Of a DNA stretch of 64,000 nucleotides, positions 29,499-44,422 are shown piece after piece. The stretch lies in contig CAVUDP010000003.1 in assembly GCA_963740315.1 (NCBI GenBank), positions 192,001 to 256,000 of the forward strand, written 5' to 3'. The DNA is from an uncultured cyanobacterium (GTDB lineage Bacteria > Cyanobacteriota > Cyanobacteriia > Cyanobacteriales > Nostocaceae). A program made the position numbers and the translations under genes. Under the pieces are notes generated by a model. The model did no database searches and was not told the DNA's origin. It worked only from the letters and a program-made list of their open reading frames with translations. Position 1 is the stretch's first letter, and each line of letters starts with the position of its first letter.

Positions 29499-29829
29499 TC
29501 CGTATTTTAAGTTCGCATATTTGCAACATTAGAATTATTGCAGAGGATTGAGCAATTTATAGCATTAGTATTCGATCGCAGCAAAAGTCAAACATGATGT
29601 TTTCGTTGTGCGATGAGCAAAGAATCGTAAATAGAGACAAAAATGGGAGATATTACATCTGATATTCTTCTCTTCATAACCTATATTTGCAGGTTTAGTT
29701 TATGTAGCCGTGACTTACAGTCGCCAAATAACTAAAATATCCCGCTTATTTAATAAGATTAGCGGGACACCATACATAATATATGACCGAATATTTTTGA
29801 TTTTTTCTATTCGCAGACTCAATATCGCT

Positions 29830-30708
29830 TCACGCCGCAACTTTTTTCAACAACGGAAAACCTAACTTCTCTCGCTGCTCTACATAAAGCTGAGCTACCT
29901 TTCTTGCCAAGCTTCTTATTCTACCGATGTAGCGAGTCCTTTCTGTAACTGCAATTACGCCCCTGGCATCCAGCAAGTTAAAAGTATGAGAACACTTCAT
30001 AATGTAGTCCAAGCTGGGTAAAACCAAACCTTTCTGTGTTAGTTGCTTGGCTTCCTCCTCATACATATTAAATAGAGTTAACAGCATTTGAGGATTTGAA
30101 GCTTCAAAATTGTAGGTACACTGCTCAATCTCTCCTTGCAGGTGAATATCTCCATACTTAATAGTGTCCGTCCAATCAATTTGAGTAATTGCTTCCACTT
30201 CTTGGAGGTACATCACTAATCGTTCCAGCCCATAAGTCATTTCAATCGAAACTGGACGACAATCAATTCCCCCACATTGTTGGAAGTAAGTAAACTGAGT
30301 AACTTCCATTCCATCGAGCCAAACTTCCCAACCAGTTCCCCAAGCACCAACCGTTGCATCTTCCCAGTTATCTTCGACAAACCTAATATCGTGTTCTTCT
30401 GGTCGAATTCCCAAAGCTTTCAATGAATCCAGATAGATTTCTTGGATGTTGTTGGGTGAAGGTTTTATCAGAACTTGGTACTGATAATAGTATTGAAAAC
30501 GGTTTGGATTTTCTCCATAGCGTCCGTCAGTGGGACGACGGCAAGGTTCAACGTAAGCCACAGCCCAAGGTTCAGGTCCTAAAGCTCTTAAAAAAGTATG
30601 AGGATTCTTAGTCCCCGCTCCTTTCTCTATGTCATATGGCTGAGCAATCAAACAACCTTGACTGCTCCAGAATCCATGCAATACCGCGATCGCTGATTGA
30701 AAATTCAC
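29830..30708 (-). CDS. glyQ: Glycine-tRNA ligase alpha subunit
   Basis: [40 protein letters not shown]. Confidence 0.98.
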   Translation of the reverse strand: MNFQSAIAVLHGFWSSQGCLIAQPYDIEKGAGTKNPHTFLRALGPEPWAVAYVEPCRRPTDGRYGENPNRFQYYYQYQVLIKPSPNNIQEIYLDSLKALGIRPEEHDIRFVEDNWEDATVGAWGTGWEVWLDGMEVTQFTYFQQCGGIDCRPVSIEMTYGLERLVMYLQEVEAITQIDWTDTIKYGDIHLQGEIEQCTYNFEASNPQMLLTLFNMYEEEAKQLTQKGLVLPSLDYIMKCSHTFNLLDARGVIAVTERTRYIGRIRSLARKVAQLYVEQREKLGFPLLKKVAA

Positions 30709-30971
30709 AGTTATTCTCCCTTAAGGCAACAATGCATAAACTATTGTTGCTCAAACTTGAAACGTGGAGGAGACTTTTTCGATCCTTCCAAGCAAATAAT
30801 CTTGGATGGGTAGATAACAGATTAACTTATAAAGGCAATTCCAAGCCCTTGGAGGTAAAATGCGGCTCAGAAGCACCACGAAGGAAACTTTTTTTATTGC
30901 TTACAACCCTTATGGTGCAAGCATTATAGCAACTACAAAAAAACTAATTCCAAAAAACTTTGAAAAAAGTG

Positions 30972-31000
30972 TTGACACGAATAGGTTCTCTCGGTACTAT
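30972..31000 (+). promoter_or_regulatory. rRNA operon sigma70-type promoter
   Basis: TTGACA-17 nt-TACTAT preceded by A-tracts (UP-element-like). Confidence 0.85.
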
Positions 31001-31212
31001 GTATAAGTGCCTGAGAGAGAGAAACGCGAAACGCCGACTCCTCAAGGGTTCCGAACCAAGAAAATTATATATTTGTTTGAAAGCCAGTATACCATAAGTG
31101 GTCTGCGTTAGTAAAGTAATTAACCACAACCGAGGTTTAAATCGGTTAGTCAAGGACAAAACAATGCTTATTTAGTTGCGAATGTGACTTATATATAAGT
31201 ATTGTATCCATC

Positions 31213-32699
<1,487 letters not shown>

Positions 32700-32880
32700 T
32701 AGGGAGACCTAACCACTCATACATTAAAAGCAATTTGCCATTAGATGATGAGAAGGTACATCCTAGGTCGTAACGTAGATTAGGTATTACTTTTGGCTTT
32801 CAAACAATTATAGGTTCGGTAATTAATTAGTTAATTATATTTAATAATATAAATTGATTAGTTAATTGATTATCACTTAT

Positions 32881-32954
<74 letters not shown>

Positions 32955-33033
32955 CCTGAAACAGTGAGCAGTGAACAGTGAACAGTATTCAATTAATTTG
33001 ATAACTGGTAATTGATAACTCTTAGCTGTAGAT

Positions 33034-33109
33034 GGGGGTATAGCTCAGTTGGTAGAGCGCTGCCTTTGCAAGGCAGATGTCAGCGGTTCGAGTCCGCTTA
33101 CCTCCACCA
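33034..33109 (+). tRNA. tRNA-Ala(TGC)
   Basis: GGGGGTATAGCTCAGTTGG...TTTGCAA...GGTTCGAGTCC...CTCCACCA. Confidence 0.98.
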
Positions 33110-33311
33110 AAATTTTTATTCATCATAAGTATGGAATTTCAGCACCCAGACTAATAAAAGTCGGAATGCTGGATTGTTATCCAGTCAGAACCTTGAAAAC
33201 TGCATATTCACGCGAAAATGATTTTAGGTAGTGTTTAATTGCGTAAAAGTAATTAGATATTGTATCTAGATATCCTATTTTGTCAAAATGATTGTATTGG
33301 AACATCAATGT

Positions 33312-36129
<2,818 letters not shown>

Positions 36130-36220
36130 CTATCAATTGATGTTCAATGTATTAAAGATAACAATCATTACAAATAGCGTGAATATGCAGCCTTCAGGGA
36201 TTCTGTATTCCCTACAAGTT

Positions 36221-36338
36221 TCCTGGTGCCTATGGCGCGGTGGAACCACACTGACTCCATCCCGAACTCAGAGGTGAAACGCTGTTGCGGCGACGATAGT
36301 TGGAGGGTTGCCTCCTGTGAAAATAGCTCGGTGCCAGG
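36221..36338 (+). rRNA. rrf: 5S rRNA
   Basis: TCCTGGTGCCTATGGCG...CCGAACTCAGAGGTGAAACG...GTGCCAGG. Confidence 0.98.
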
Positions 36339-36351
36339 TTTTTAATTTAAT

Positions 36352-36393
36352 AGAAAGTCTCCTTCTGTATAATTGAAGGAGACTTTCTTTTTG
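36352..36393 (+). terminator. rRNA operon terminator
   Basis: AGAAAGTCTCCTTC ... GAAGGAGACTTTCT followed by TTTT. Confidence 0.9.
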
Positions 36394-36543
36394 CGATATT
36401 GTTTGTCAACTTTATAGTTTTCAACATACAATCGAAGTAAAATAGAAGTTTACGGAAGTTTTTAAGGAACAAAAAGTTTGACTCTTTTAAACTAGATTGT
36501 CTGTTAACAACCTGAGTTTGACAAACAATTACTATCTTCACAA

Positions 36544-37470
36544 ATGGTATATCAGATAAATGATATTGCTTCGCAAGCTAGCCAAGGCAGTATTGCGGCA
36601 ATTATTCAAATATTGAATGAAAAGTTAGGTAATTCTGGTGTGAGAACCAGAGCGATGTTTGATAGTGGAGTTTTACAACTTTTGTGTGAAGCTCGCACCA
36701 TAGAAAGGCTTGAGAAATCAACTTTAGTACAGCAAATTAGGCAGATACTAGAATCCATCGCACCCCGGAACGTTCATAAAGTCAATATCAATAGTCGCAT
36801 TGTCCGCGAACAGCAATTATTATGGTTGGAAGAAATAAATCGCGACCCGGAAAATCAACTACTATGGTCTGAAGAAATCACTTTAAAAAAGCCGAATGCT
36901 TTAAAGCGAATAATTAAAGATTTCAAAAATAGTAAGAAAGAATCACAAAAACCACAATTACCTCAGCCCCAATCATCTCGAAATTTAATCGTTCACAACA
37001 ACAAAAAGAAAAAGTCTTACTTCGGGGGGATGATTAATGCAATTGGTTTATGCGTATTACTTTTATCCGCAGGTTGGGTTGCTTATTATTTGTTAGGTAG
37101 TAAGATTGATAATGCAATAGAAACAGCAACTTTAGATTCTGGTTCTAATGTATCCAAGATAAAATCTTTAAAACCGACAAATAGTAATCAAAATAAATTA
37201 AGAACGCCTGTTGTTGATACTTCTCCAACATCTCGATCGCAAGATGACGTTTTTGCTGTTGCGGTACGAATTGCTAACCAAGCAGTTGAAGCAGGGCAAA
37301 CAAAAAAAACTTCTGCTGAATGGTTAGATTTAGCAGCTAAATGGCAACGTGCTTCGGATTTGATGGCTGAAGTCCCATCTAATCATAGTCGTTTTAAAGA
37401 AGCGCAATCAAGAATTAAGCTTTATAAAAAATATAGTGAATCGGCGCTAAAGCAAGCAAATAAGAAGTAA
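36544..37470 (+). CDS. Conserved cyanobacterial membrane-anchored hypothetical protein
   Basis: N-terminal QGSIAAIIQILNEKL...LQLLCEA, one TM segment, C-terminal helical domain WQRASDLMAEVP. Confidence 0.8.
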   Translation: MVYQINDIASQASQGSIAAIIQILNEKLGNSGVRTRAMFDSGVLQLLCEARTIERLEKSTLVQQIRQILESIAPRNVHKVNINSRIVREQQLLWLEEINRDPENQLLWSEEITLKKPNALKRIIKDFKNSKKESQKPQLPQPQSSRNLIVHNNKKKKSYFGGMINAIGLCVLLLSAGWVAYYLLGSKIDNAIETATLDSGSNVSKIKSLKPTNSNQNKLRTPVVDTSPTSRSQDDVFAVAVRIANQAVEAGQTKKTSAEWLDLAAKWQRASDLMAEVPSNHSRFKEAQSRIKLYKKYSESALKQANKK

Positions 37471-37533
37471 TTTTAATTCTGGGCTAGGTGTATTAATGTT
37501 CAAGGTTTTGTTAATTAAAGTAAAAAATTCATT

Positions 37534-38325
37534 ATGAATAACAAAACCTTTATTAATCTTAGACGCAGCCACTTCCAAAAACCCCAGCCCTTAAATCAAC
37601 AGATAGTTGATTTGGCGTTAAATGTAGATAGTCACGCTTTTTTAAGTAATCCTGCTTCTCAAAATGTCTACCTTTACCTAACCAACTATGTAGAAGCATT
37701 TTCTGAGAATTGGTTTAAGAAAAGCTTAAGTGAATTAAAGATACTTGATTGGGGGTGCGGGAAAGGGCATATTTCCTATTTAATGCAAGAAATGGGTGCC
37801 CAAATTACCTCCTGTGACGTATTTGGTGCCCAGGACTCTAGTTTTGGTCAGAATACCCCTATTATCGAAAAAGCATCTATAAATGTTGTTCCCTTAGAAC
37901 ATCCTTATATACTTCCTTTCAAAGACAGAACCTTCGATATTATCTTGAGTTTTGGGGTACTCGAACACGTGCCCGATCGCCTTGCATCGCTTCAGGAAAT
38001 TCATCGAATATTAAAACCATCAGGTTTAATATTTTGTTTTTTTCTTCCTTACTATCTTTCTTGGACTCAGCGTTTAGCTCATCTGCTAGGGGACTTTTAC
38101 CACGACCAATTGTATAGCAAGAAAATGGTAAAAAAGCTTCTTAAGCAAACTAATCTCGAACTCCTTGATATTTGGCATCGGCAACTTCTGCCTAAAAATA
38201 GTATTTCTTACGGCAATTATCGTACTTTTGAAGTTATAGACCAATGGTTGACCGAACGTACACCTTTAAAATACACTGCAACTAATATTGAGTTTGTTGC
38301 TTGTAAAAGTCAGCCAGTGAATTGA
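37534..38325 (+). CDS. Class I SAM-dependent methyltransferase
   Basis: ILDWGCGKG, LPFKDRTFDII, VLEHV, RILKPSG. Confidence 0.92.
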   Translation: MNNKTFINLRRSHFQKPQPLNQQIVDLALNVDSHAFLSNPASQNVYLYLTNYVEAFSENWFKKSLSELKILDWGCGKGHISYLMQEMGAQITSCDVFGAQDSSFGQNTPIIEKASINVVPLEHPYILPFKDRTFDIILSFGVLEHVPDRLASLQEIHRILKPSGLIFCFFLPYYLSWTQRLAHLLGDFYHDQLYSKKMVKKLLKQTNLELLDIWHRQLLPKNSISYGNYRTFEVIDQWLTERTPLKYTATNIEFVACKSQPVN

Positions 38326-38671
38326 TAGTTAATAATTACAGATTAATCATCAATGGTTGTAAATATTTGCTGCGAATCTAATAGAAATTTCCAATAAATT
38401 TTCACTAGTTCAGTACAAATTTTCTCCGCATTTGCTCCACGGAAATTAGTTTGCCAATGCTATCTGCCAGTCCAGCTTCAATATGCCGCAGGTATATTTG
38501 GTAAAATTTAGGTTTTTACGTCAAACCGCCTGTAATGGTTGTAAGTTGCATATTACAAGAAAAAGGCAATTTTCAATTAATTAAATCATTATTACAATAC
38601 GTTTGCTGTACTGTGCGGTGCTAATAGGTAACAGTTAGACTAGTTCACATTACAGTTAAAGGAGTAATTAA

Positions 38672-39277
38672 ATGATTCAAGAGCGCGATTATACCTTAAT
38701 TATTGATAAAAGCGGTAGTATGTCAACTCCGGATCAAGCTGGTGGTAGAAGTAGATGGGAAATAATGCAAGAATCTACCCTTGCTTTAGCGAGAAAATGC
38801 GAGCAGTTTGACCCCGATGGGATGACGGTTTACCTGTTTTCCGGTAGATTTAAACGTTACGATGATGTGACTTCAGAAAAAGTCGCGCAGATATTTATGG
38901 AAAATGACCCTGCGGGTACTACTAATTTAGCTGGTGTACTTAAAGATGCCACAGATAATTACTTTAAGCGTAAAGCAGCAGGTCAAACTAAGCCCAACGG
39001 AGAAACAATTTTAGTTGTAACTGATGGCGAACCGGACGATAGAAAAGCGGTTTTTGAAGCGATTGTTAACGCTTCCCGTCAGATGGAAAAAGATGAAGAA
39101 TTAGGAATATCTATTGTTCAAGTTGGTTCGGACGCTCAAGCTACGAAATTTCTCAAAGCTTTAGATGACCAAATGGAATCAATTGGTGCAAAATTTGATA
39201 TTTGCGACACTGTAACTTTCGATGACATGGAAGATATGAGTCTTGCAGAGATATTAGAAAATGCAATTACTGATTAA
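38672..39277 (+). CDS. vWA domain protein, copy 1
   Basis: MIDAS motif DKSGSM, GTTNL, VVTDGEP. Confidence 0.93.
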   Translation: MIQERDYTLIIDKSGSMSTPDQAGGRSRWEIMQESTLALARKCEQFDPDGMTVYLFSGRFKRYDDVTSEKVAQIFMENDPAGTTNLAGVLKDATDNYFKRKAAGQTKPNGETILVVTDGEPDDRKAVFEAIVNASRQMEKDEELGISIVQVGSDAQATKFLKALDDQMESIGAKFDICDTVTFDDMEDMSLAEILENAITD

Positions 39278-39300
39278 GTTAATAATAGGAGAATTAATCA

Positions 39301-39906
39301 ATGTTAGAAAATCGCGATTATACGTTAATTATTGATAAAAGCGGTAGTATGTCAACTCCAGATCAAGCTGGTGGTAGAAGTAGATGGGAAATAATGCAAG
39401 AATCTACCCTTGCTTTGGCAAGAAAATGCGAGCAGTTTGACCCCGATGGGATGACGGTTTACCTGTTTTCCGGTAGATTTAAGCGTTACGATGATGTGAC
39501 TTCAGAAAAAGTCGCGCAGATATTTATGGAAAATGACCCTGCGGGTACTACTAATTTAGCTGGTGTACTTAAAGATGCGACAGACAATTACTTTAAGCGT
39601 AAAGCAGCAGGTCAAACTAAGCTCAACGGAGAAACAATTTTAGTTGTAACTGATGGCGAACCGGATGACAGAAAAGCGGTTTTTGAAGCGATCGTCAAGG
39701 CTTCTCATCAGATGGAAAAAGATGAAGAATTAGGAATATCTTTTGTTCAAGTTGGTTCGGATGCTCAAGCTGCGAAATTTCTCAAAGCTTTAGACGATCA
39801 AATGGAATCAATTGGTGCAAAGTTTGATATTTGCGACACCGTGACTTTCGATGATATGGAAGATATGAGTCTTGCAGAAATATTAACGAATGCAATTACT
39901 GATTGA
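39301..39906 (+). CDS. vWA domain protein, copy 2 (hybrid: 5' end like copy 3, body like copy 1)
   Basis: Differs from copy 1 at 9 of 201 residues by my count; the start MLENRDY and RBS region match copy 3. Confidence 0.93.
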   Translation: MLENRDYTLIIDKSGSMSTPDQAGGRSRWEIMQESTLALARKCEQFDPDGMTVYLFSGRFKRYDDVTSEKVAQIFMENDPAGTTNLAGVLKDATDNYFKRKAAGQTKLNGETILVVTDGEPDDRKAVFEAIVKASHQMEKDEELGISFVQVGSDAQAAKFLKALDDQMESIGAKFDICDTVTFDDMEDMSLAEILTNAITD

Positions 39907-39970
39907 TTATAAGGAATAGGGATAAAATTAATACCATAATCAACCAATCAATTAACAGGAGAATTAATCA

Positions 39971-40576
39971 ATGTTAGAAAATCGAGATTACACCTTGATT
40001 ATTGACAAAAGCGGTAGCATGGCAACCCCAGACCAAAAGGGTGGTAGAACTAGATGGGTAGCAGCAGAAGAATCAACTTTTGCTTTAGCGAGTAAATGCG
40101 AGCAATTAGACCCAGATGGTATTACTATTTATACATTTTCCGGTAGATTCAAAAGATATGAGAATGTCACATCTAACAAAGTGATGCAAGTGTTTCGAGA
40201 AAACGATCCTTCTGGAACTACTGATTTAGCTTCGGTATTAAAAGACGCTACCGAGAATTACTTTAAGCGGAAAGCTGCGGGTGAAACAAAGCCTAATGGC
40301 GAAACTATTTTAGTAATTACCGATGGGGAACCCGACGATCGCAAAGCGGTAATGAAGGTGATTATCGAAACTTCTCGTCGCATGGATAGGGATGAAGAAT
40401 TAGCAATTTCCTTTATTCAAGTTGGTAAAGATCCTCACGCCACTCGCTTTCTTAAAGTATTGGATGACGAGATGCAAAGCGCTGGAGCCAAGTTTGATAT
40501 CTGTGACACAATTACAATGGATGATATGGAAGATTACAGTCTTTCAGAAATATTGTTAAATGCAATTATTGATTAG
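39971..40576 (+). CDS. vWA domain protein, copy 3
   Basis: DKSGSM, GTTDL, VITDGEP; more divergent paralog. Confidence 0.93.
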   Translation: MLENRDYTLIIDKSGSMATPDQKGGRTRWVAAEESTFALASKCEQLDPDGITIYTFSGRFKRYENVTSNKVMQVFRENDPSGTTDLASVLKDATENYFKRKAAGETKPNGETILVITDGEPDDRKAVMKVIIETSRRMDRDEELAISFIQVGKDPHATRFLKVLDDEMQSAGAKFDICDTITMDDMEDYSLSEILLNAIID

Positions 40577-40603
40577 TTATTTCCATTAATCAAAATTAAA
40601 AAC

Positions 40604-41023
40604 ATGGATTCTATTGATAAGTTGTTGTCCGAACTTAAAGCCCAATATCAGCAGCCAGCTTCTCAAGCAGGAAGAGAGGAAATTGAGAACGAGAAAGTAA
40701 AGATAAAAAAAGTAAAACTTGACTCATTTCCATCTTCTTCCTCTAAAGCAGATGTAATAGATAATATTTTAGCTGAAGTGAAGCAAGATTTTGAGCAAAA
40801 ACAATTATTAGAAGAACAACAAAAGCAACAAGAACTTGAAGAGGAACGGATTAAACAAGAGCAAATTAAAGCTAAAAAATTAGAACTGTTAAAAACTCAA
40901 GCTCAAGAATGGTTAAAACAATTAGAACCATTATCTCCTGAAGGACTTTGGTTTGAAACTTTTGCTCAAAGTTATCCTTCAAAATTAGAAGCTGCAATTG
41001 AATATTTGACAGTTAACAGTTAG
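40604..41023 (+). CDS. Slr1339-family (salt-stress) coiled-coil protein
   Basis: MDSIDKLLSELKAQY and C-terminal AQEWLKQLEPLSPEGLWFETFAQSYPSKLEAAIEYL. Confidence 0.75.
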   Translation: MDSIDKLLSELKAQYQQPASQAGREEIENEKVKIKKVKLDSFPSSSSKADVIDNILAEVKQDFEQKQLLEEQQKQQELEEERIKQEQIKAKKLELLKTQAQEWLKQLEPLSPEGLWFETFAQSYPSKLEAAIEYLTVNS

Positions 41024-41210
41024 CAGTTAGCAATTATCAGTTAATAATGAGTAATAAAAAATAGATTTATTGTGCAATAAGAGATCGTATTTTTATTTAT
41101 CTAATTTTCTATTTAATTTATTAATTAACTGAATTTTTCTCATAAATACTGATTTATATCGATCGTTAATAAACCCCAGCGTTCAAGTGAATACTGTTGA
41201 CTGGTAACTG

Positions 41211-41543
41211 CTAACTGTTTAAATGCTTTGCTCCCCATTCATGCATTGCATTAAGTATCGGCTGTAAACTTTCTCCTAAATTTGTGAGTGAGTATTCTAC
41301 TTTTGGGGGTATTTCTGGATAAACTTCTCGATGTACTATTCCATGTTCTTCCATTTCTCTTAATTGCTGAGTAAGCATTTTCTGGGTGATTCCGGGTAAA
41401 GCACGCTGTAATTCTCCAAAGCGTCTTACACCTAAGAGTAATTCTCTAATAATTAATACTTTCCACCGTCCACCTATTACTTGAAGCGTGGTTTCTACTT
41501 CACAGCTAACCATCTTCTTAGGGTTTTCCGCTTTTGCTTTCAT
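41211..41543 (-). CDS. HxlR-family winged-helix regulator
   Basis: [42 protein letters not shown]. Confidence 0.93.
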   Translation of the reverse strand: MKAKAENPKKMVSCEVETTLQVIGGRWKVLIIRELLLGVRRFGELQRALPGITQKMLTQQLREMEEHGIVHREVYPEIPPKVEYSLTNLGESLQPILNAMHEWGAKHLNS

Positions 41544-41545
41544 AG

Positions 41546-41585
41546 TTACTTTTTGGTAAGTACCCAACTTTTAAGTGCGTACTTT
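41546..41585. promoter_or_regulatory. Putative HxlR-type autoregulatory operator repeats
   Basis: TTAC-tttttg-GTAA and ACTT-tt-AAGT dyads directly upstream of the hxlR ATG. Confidence 0.45.
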
Positions 41586-41600
41586 TCATCATACCTTCAC

Positions 41601-41726
41601 CTAGTACAGACGAGCGTAAGTCAGGTACTCATATAATTAAACGACTTATAGACTTACAAATTTTATAAAAACCCGACTTCTGACCATTAAAATTAGGGGT
41701 GCGCTATTTAAGCCGTGTGGTACTAG
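41601..41726. mobile_element. MITE-like element, copy 1 (CTAGTAC...GTACTAG termini)
   Basis: Terminal inverted repeat; homologous copy at 47476-47666. Confidence 0.8.
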
Positions 41727-41759
41727 TTTAAAGGTCAACTTTTGAGGAGAACACTTCGG

Positions 41760-41878
41760 AATCAACCTGTAATTGCCGATAAAAATTCTGCGGTAATGGA
41801 ATTGATTCGGATACTTATTACTGGTGTAGCTGCGGTAAATCTAAAAATCAGTCTTTTTGTGATGGTTCTCATAGTAAA
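41760..41878 (+). pseudogene. CDGSH iron-sulfur protein pseudogene
   Basis: NQPVIADKNSAVMEL, frameshift, then DTYYWCSCGKSKNQSFCDGSHSK; GAGGAG RBS at 41744 with no ATG after it. Confidence 0.85.
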
Positions 41879-41972
41879 CAGGACTTACACAGGGATAATG
41901 GAAAATATAGTATTCTAGATACTGAGATCCCCCCAACCCCCCTTATTTAAGGGGGGCTTTGCCTAAGTACTA
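41879..41972. repeat. AGGACTTAC-terminated short element carrying the GATCCCCCCAACCCCCCTTATTTAAGGGGGGCT hairpin
   Basis: Inverted homolog of the 24518-24689 repeats. Confidence 0.7.
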
Positions 41973-42089
41973 GGTAAACTCTAAATAATTTTAAATAATG
42001 TTTAGTATCAAAAAATAACCCGCTATTTTGAAGATAGCAGGTTTCTAACTTTCCGATTTTTTTATAAATAAATATAATTTCGGGCTGAT

Positions 42090-42590
42090 TTATCTAGAAG
42101 TAGCTTTTAAAAACTTATTAACAAGATTATTGAAAGAACTTTTTAACTGATGCTTGCGCTGCCATCTTTGGAAAGCTGCTTCATAATCTTCACCTTTAGT
42201 TTGAAAAGTATTCCACCCATCCAAACCTACAAACATACCCCAGAATAATACAATGAAAAGCGACCAGCTAAGCCCGCCACCTGTAATAAAATCCATTGAT
42301 AGTAAAAATGTATTGATAATAGCGTAATTACCCGCACGCTTTTTAAATCTTCTTTTGCGATGGATGTCAAATGCTTGTCTATGCTGTATTTCGCCTTGTT
42401 TTGTTACCCAATCTTCTTCCGCTAATTTTAGAGTTTCCGGGGAGATATCTAACTCCTCAGCGATTTCTAAAAGTACTTCGTGAGAAAACTCTTTGTCATC
42501 ATCAGTTTGACGTGCGATCGCCAACTGCAAAATTTGCTGTACGTCTTCTTGGCTATAACAACGACTAATTTTATCTCCCGAATTCGCCAT
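42090..42590 (-). CDS. 2TM domain-containing protein
   Basis: YSQEDVQQILQLAIARQ, LLEIAEELDIS, two TM helices. Confidence 0.85.
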   Translation of the reverse strand: MANSGDKISRCYSQEDVQQILQLAIARQTDDDKEFSHEVLLEIAEELDISPETLKLAEEDWVTKQGEIQHRQAFDIHRKRRFKKRAGNYAIINTFLLSMDFITGGGLSWSLFIVLFWGMFVGLDGWNTFQTKGEDYEAAFQRWQRKHQLKSSFNNLVNKFLKATSR

Positions 42591-42996
42591 AATAATCTCT
42601 TCTATTACTTTCAATAGAGAATTTGTTCCTCAAGCACAGAGTATTGCTACTATCTCTAGGGTAACAAATCAATCGGGACAAAGGTTTTAAGTTACAAGTT
42701 AATAGTTAGAAGTTGGTAGTTAAGAATTATTTCCCGCCTCTCGCCCTTCTACCCTCATCCGGGAGCATCCTCTTACCTATTAAGAGCAATTGGAATTTCA
42801 ATCCTAAATTCCGTACCTTTTCCTGGAGAAGAAAAACATTCTAATTTTCCACCATGCTTTTCTACTACGATTTGATAGCTTAATACTTATATCTATAGAT
42901 AGAAGAAAAAATGATAAAAATGTTTTTGTAAATAGAAAAAAATATATTATATAGAGCGGACAACTGCCCACCCTAAAAAAGTATTAAACTGATAAA

Positions 42997-43470
42997 TTAG
43001 TTATTCGTGACTGCTGTTGTGACATCCGTTGTTGTCTGGGTTGATTTCTTAGAGAAAAATCTTTGAGAAATCCAGAATGTGAAAATATGAGAAAGCAAAC
43101 CTAAAGGACCAGCAAATAAACAAAGTGCGAGGGAATGGAAAGTCCAAACACCAGTTTTGACTCCAGCTAAATAAATGTAACGTCCCACAAATAAATCCAT
43201 TACCAAGAAATGAATCCAGCCAGTTGCAGCAGCAGTTTCATCCGCGAAAAAACGGGCAATATCTGCTAATTGGGGATTAGATAAGGCTTCAGCATTTTCC
43301 GGTGTAATGCTGCTGATAAATAAATATAAATACAGTCCAGCTAATGGTACAAATGGAATATACGATTTCATAACTCGTTGAGTAACTTTCCACTTTGGTA
43401 AAAAAATCATCAACACCCAAAAAGGTAAGACAAAAAGATTTGCAATACTAAATAGTTCGCTGACAGACAT
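42997..43470 (-). CDS. ABA4-like (DUF4281) membrane protein
   Basis: VLPFWVLMIFLPKW, GWIHFLVMDLFVGR, FAGPLGLL. Confidence 0.9.
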   Translation of the reverse strand: MSVSELFSIANLFVLPFWVLMIFLPKWKVTQRVMKSYIPFVPLAGLYLYLFISSITPENAEALSNPQLADIARFFADETAAATGWIHFLVMDLFVGRYIYLAGVKTGVWTFHSLALCLFAGPLGLLSHIFTFWISQRFFSKKSTQTTTDVTTAVTNN

Positions 43471-43656
43471 AAAAAGAACTCCGCATTAAATAATCATCAC
43501 AAGTATAATTGTTGTTTGTTGAAAAAATATTATGTTTATTCCGAAACCAGTTAAAATATTTAATTACAGCAAAAAATAATTTAAATTAAACATTCAATAT
43601 CATAATATACTTATTACCTTTGACATACAGACCTTTAACCTAAAACGGAGTGGCTC

Positions 43657-44385
43657 TTGGCAACTATTAAATGTTTTGATATAACTTTTTCTAACATTCA
43701 AGCAATTTTATTTGACAAAAACGGTACTTTAGAAGATTCAGAAGTAGATTTACGTAGCTTTGCTCAAAAAGCAGCCCGAATTATTGACGCACAAATACCG
43801 GGTATTGGCGAACCTTTATTAATGGCATTTGGCGTTAATGGCGATACTTTAGATGCTGCGGGTTTAATAGCTGTAGCAAGTCGTCGGGAAACAGAAATCG
43901 CCGCAGCAGCTTACATTGCAGAAACGGGAAGAGGTTGGATTGAATCCTTAGAAATAGCCCGTAAAAGTTTAGACGAAGCAGATAAATATTTGGGTGATTC
44001 CCCTTCGCAATTATTTCCAGGTAGCTTGGAAATAATACAAAAGCTTTCGCAAGCAGGATTAAAGCTGGGTATACTTTCAGCTGCTACAACCCAAGAAGTA
44101 AGTAAGTTTGTAAAAGCTCATCAACTCCACGACTATATAAACTTAGAAATGGGAGTAGACGGTAATATATTTAAACCAGATCCGACTTTGTTTTTACAAG
44201 CTTGCGAAAAAATGGGAGTAGAGCCAAGCGCTACGTTGATGGTGGGAGATTCCGTTGGCGATATGCAAATGGCACGCAATGCGAAAGCTGCTGGCTGCAT
44301 TGGTATTACTTGGATTAGTAAATTGGATAATGTTCGAGGTGCGGATGTGGTAATTAATAAATTAGATGAAATTCAAGTTTGTTAA
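43657..44385 (+). CDS. HAD family hydrolase
   Basis: FDKNGTL (motif I variant), KPDP, MVGDSVGD. Confidence 0.9.
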   Translation: MATIKCFDITFSNIQAILFDKNGTLEDSEVDLRSFAQKAARIIDAQIPGIGEPLLMAFGVNGDTLDAAGLIAVASRRETEIAAAAYIAETGRGWIESLEIARKSLDEADKYLGDSPSQLFPGSLEIIQKLSQAGLKLGILSAATTQEVSKFVKAHQLHDYINLEMGVDGNIFKPDPTLFLQACEKMGVEPSATLMVGDSVGDMQMARNAKAAGCIGITWISKLDNVRGADVVINKLDEIQVC

Positions 44386-44422
44386 TCAATGAACAATTAC
44401 CAATTATCAATTACCAAACATT

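Noticed and set aside
38540..38557. NtcA box upstream of the vWA operon
   Set aside because: GTA-TAC spacing is 10 nt, not 8; the TGTAA/TTACA dyad cannot be assigned
38672..39906. DGR template/variable repeat pair
   Set aside because: Both copies are full genes, the differences are mostly synonymous and not adenine-specific, and no reverse transcriptase is present
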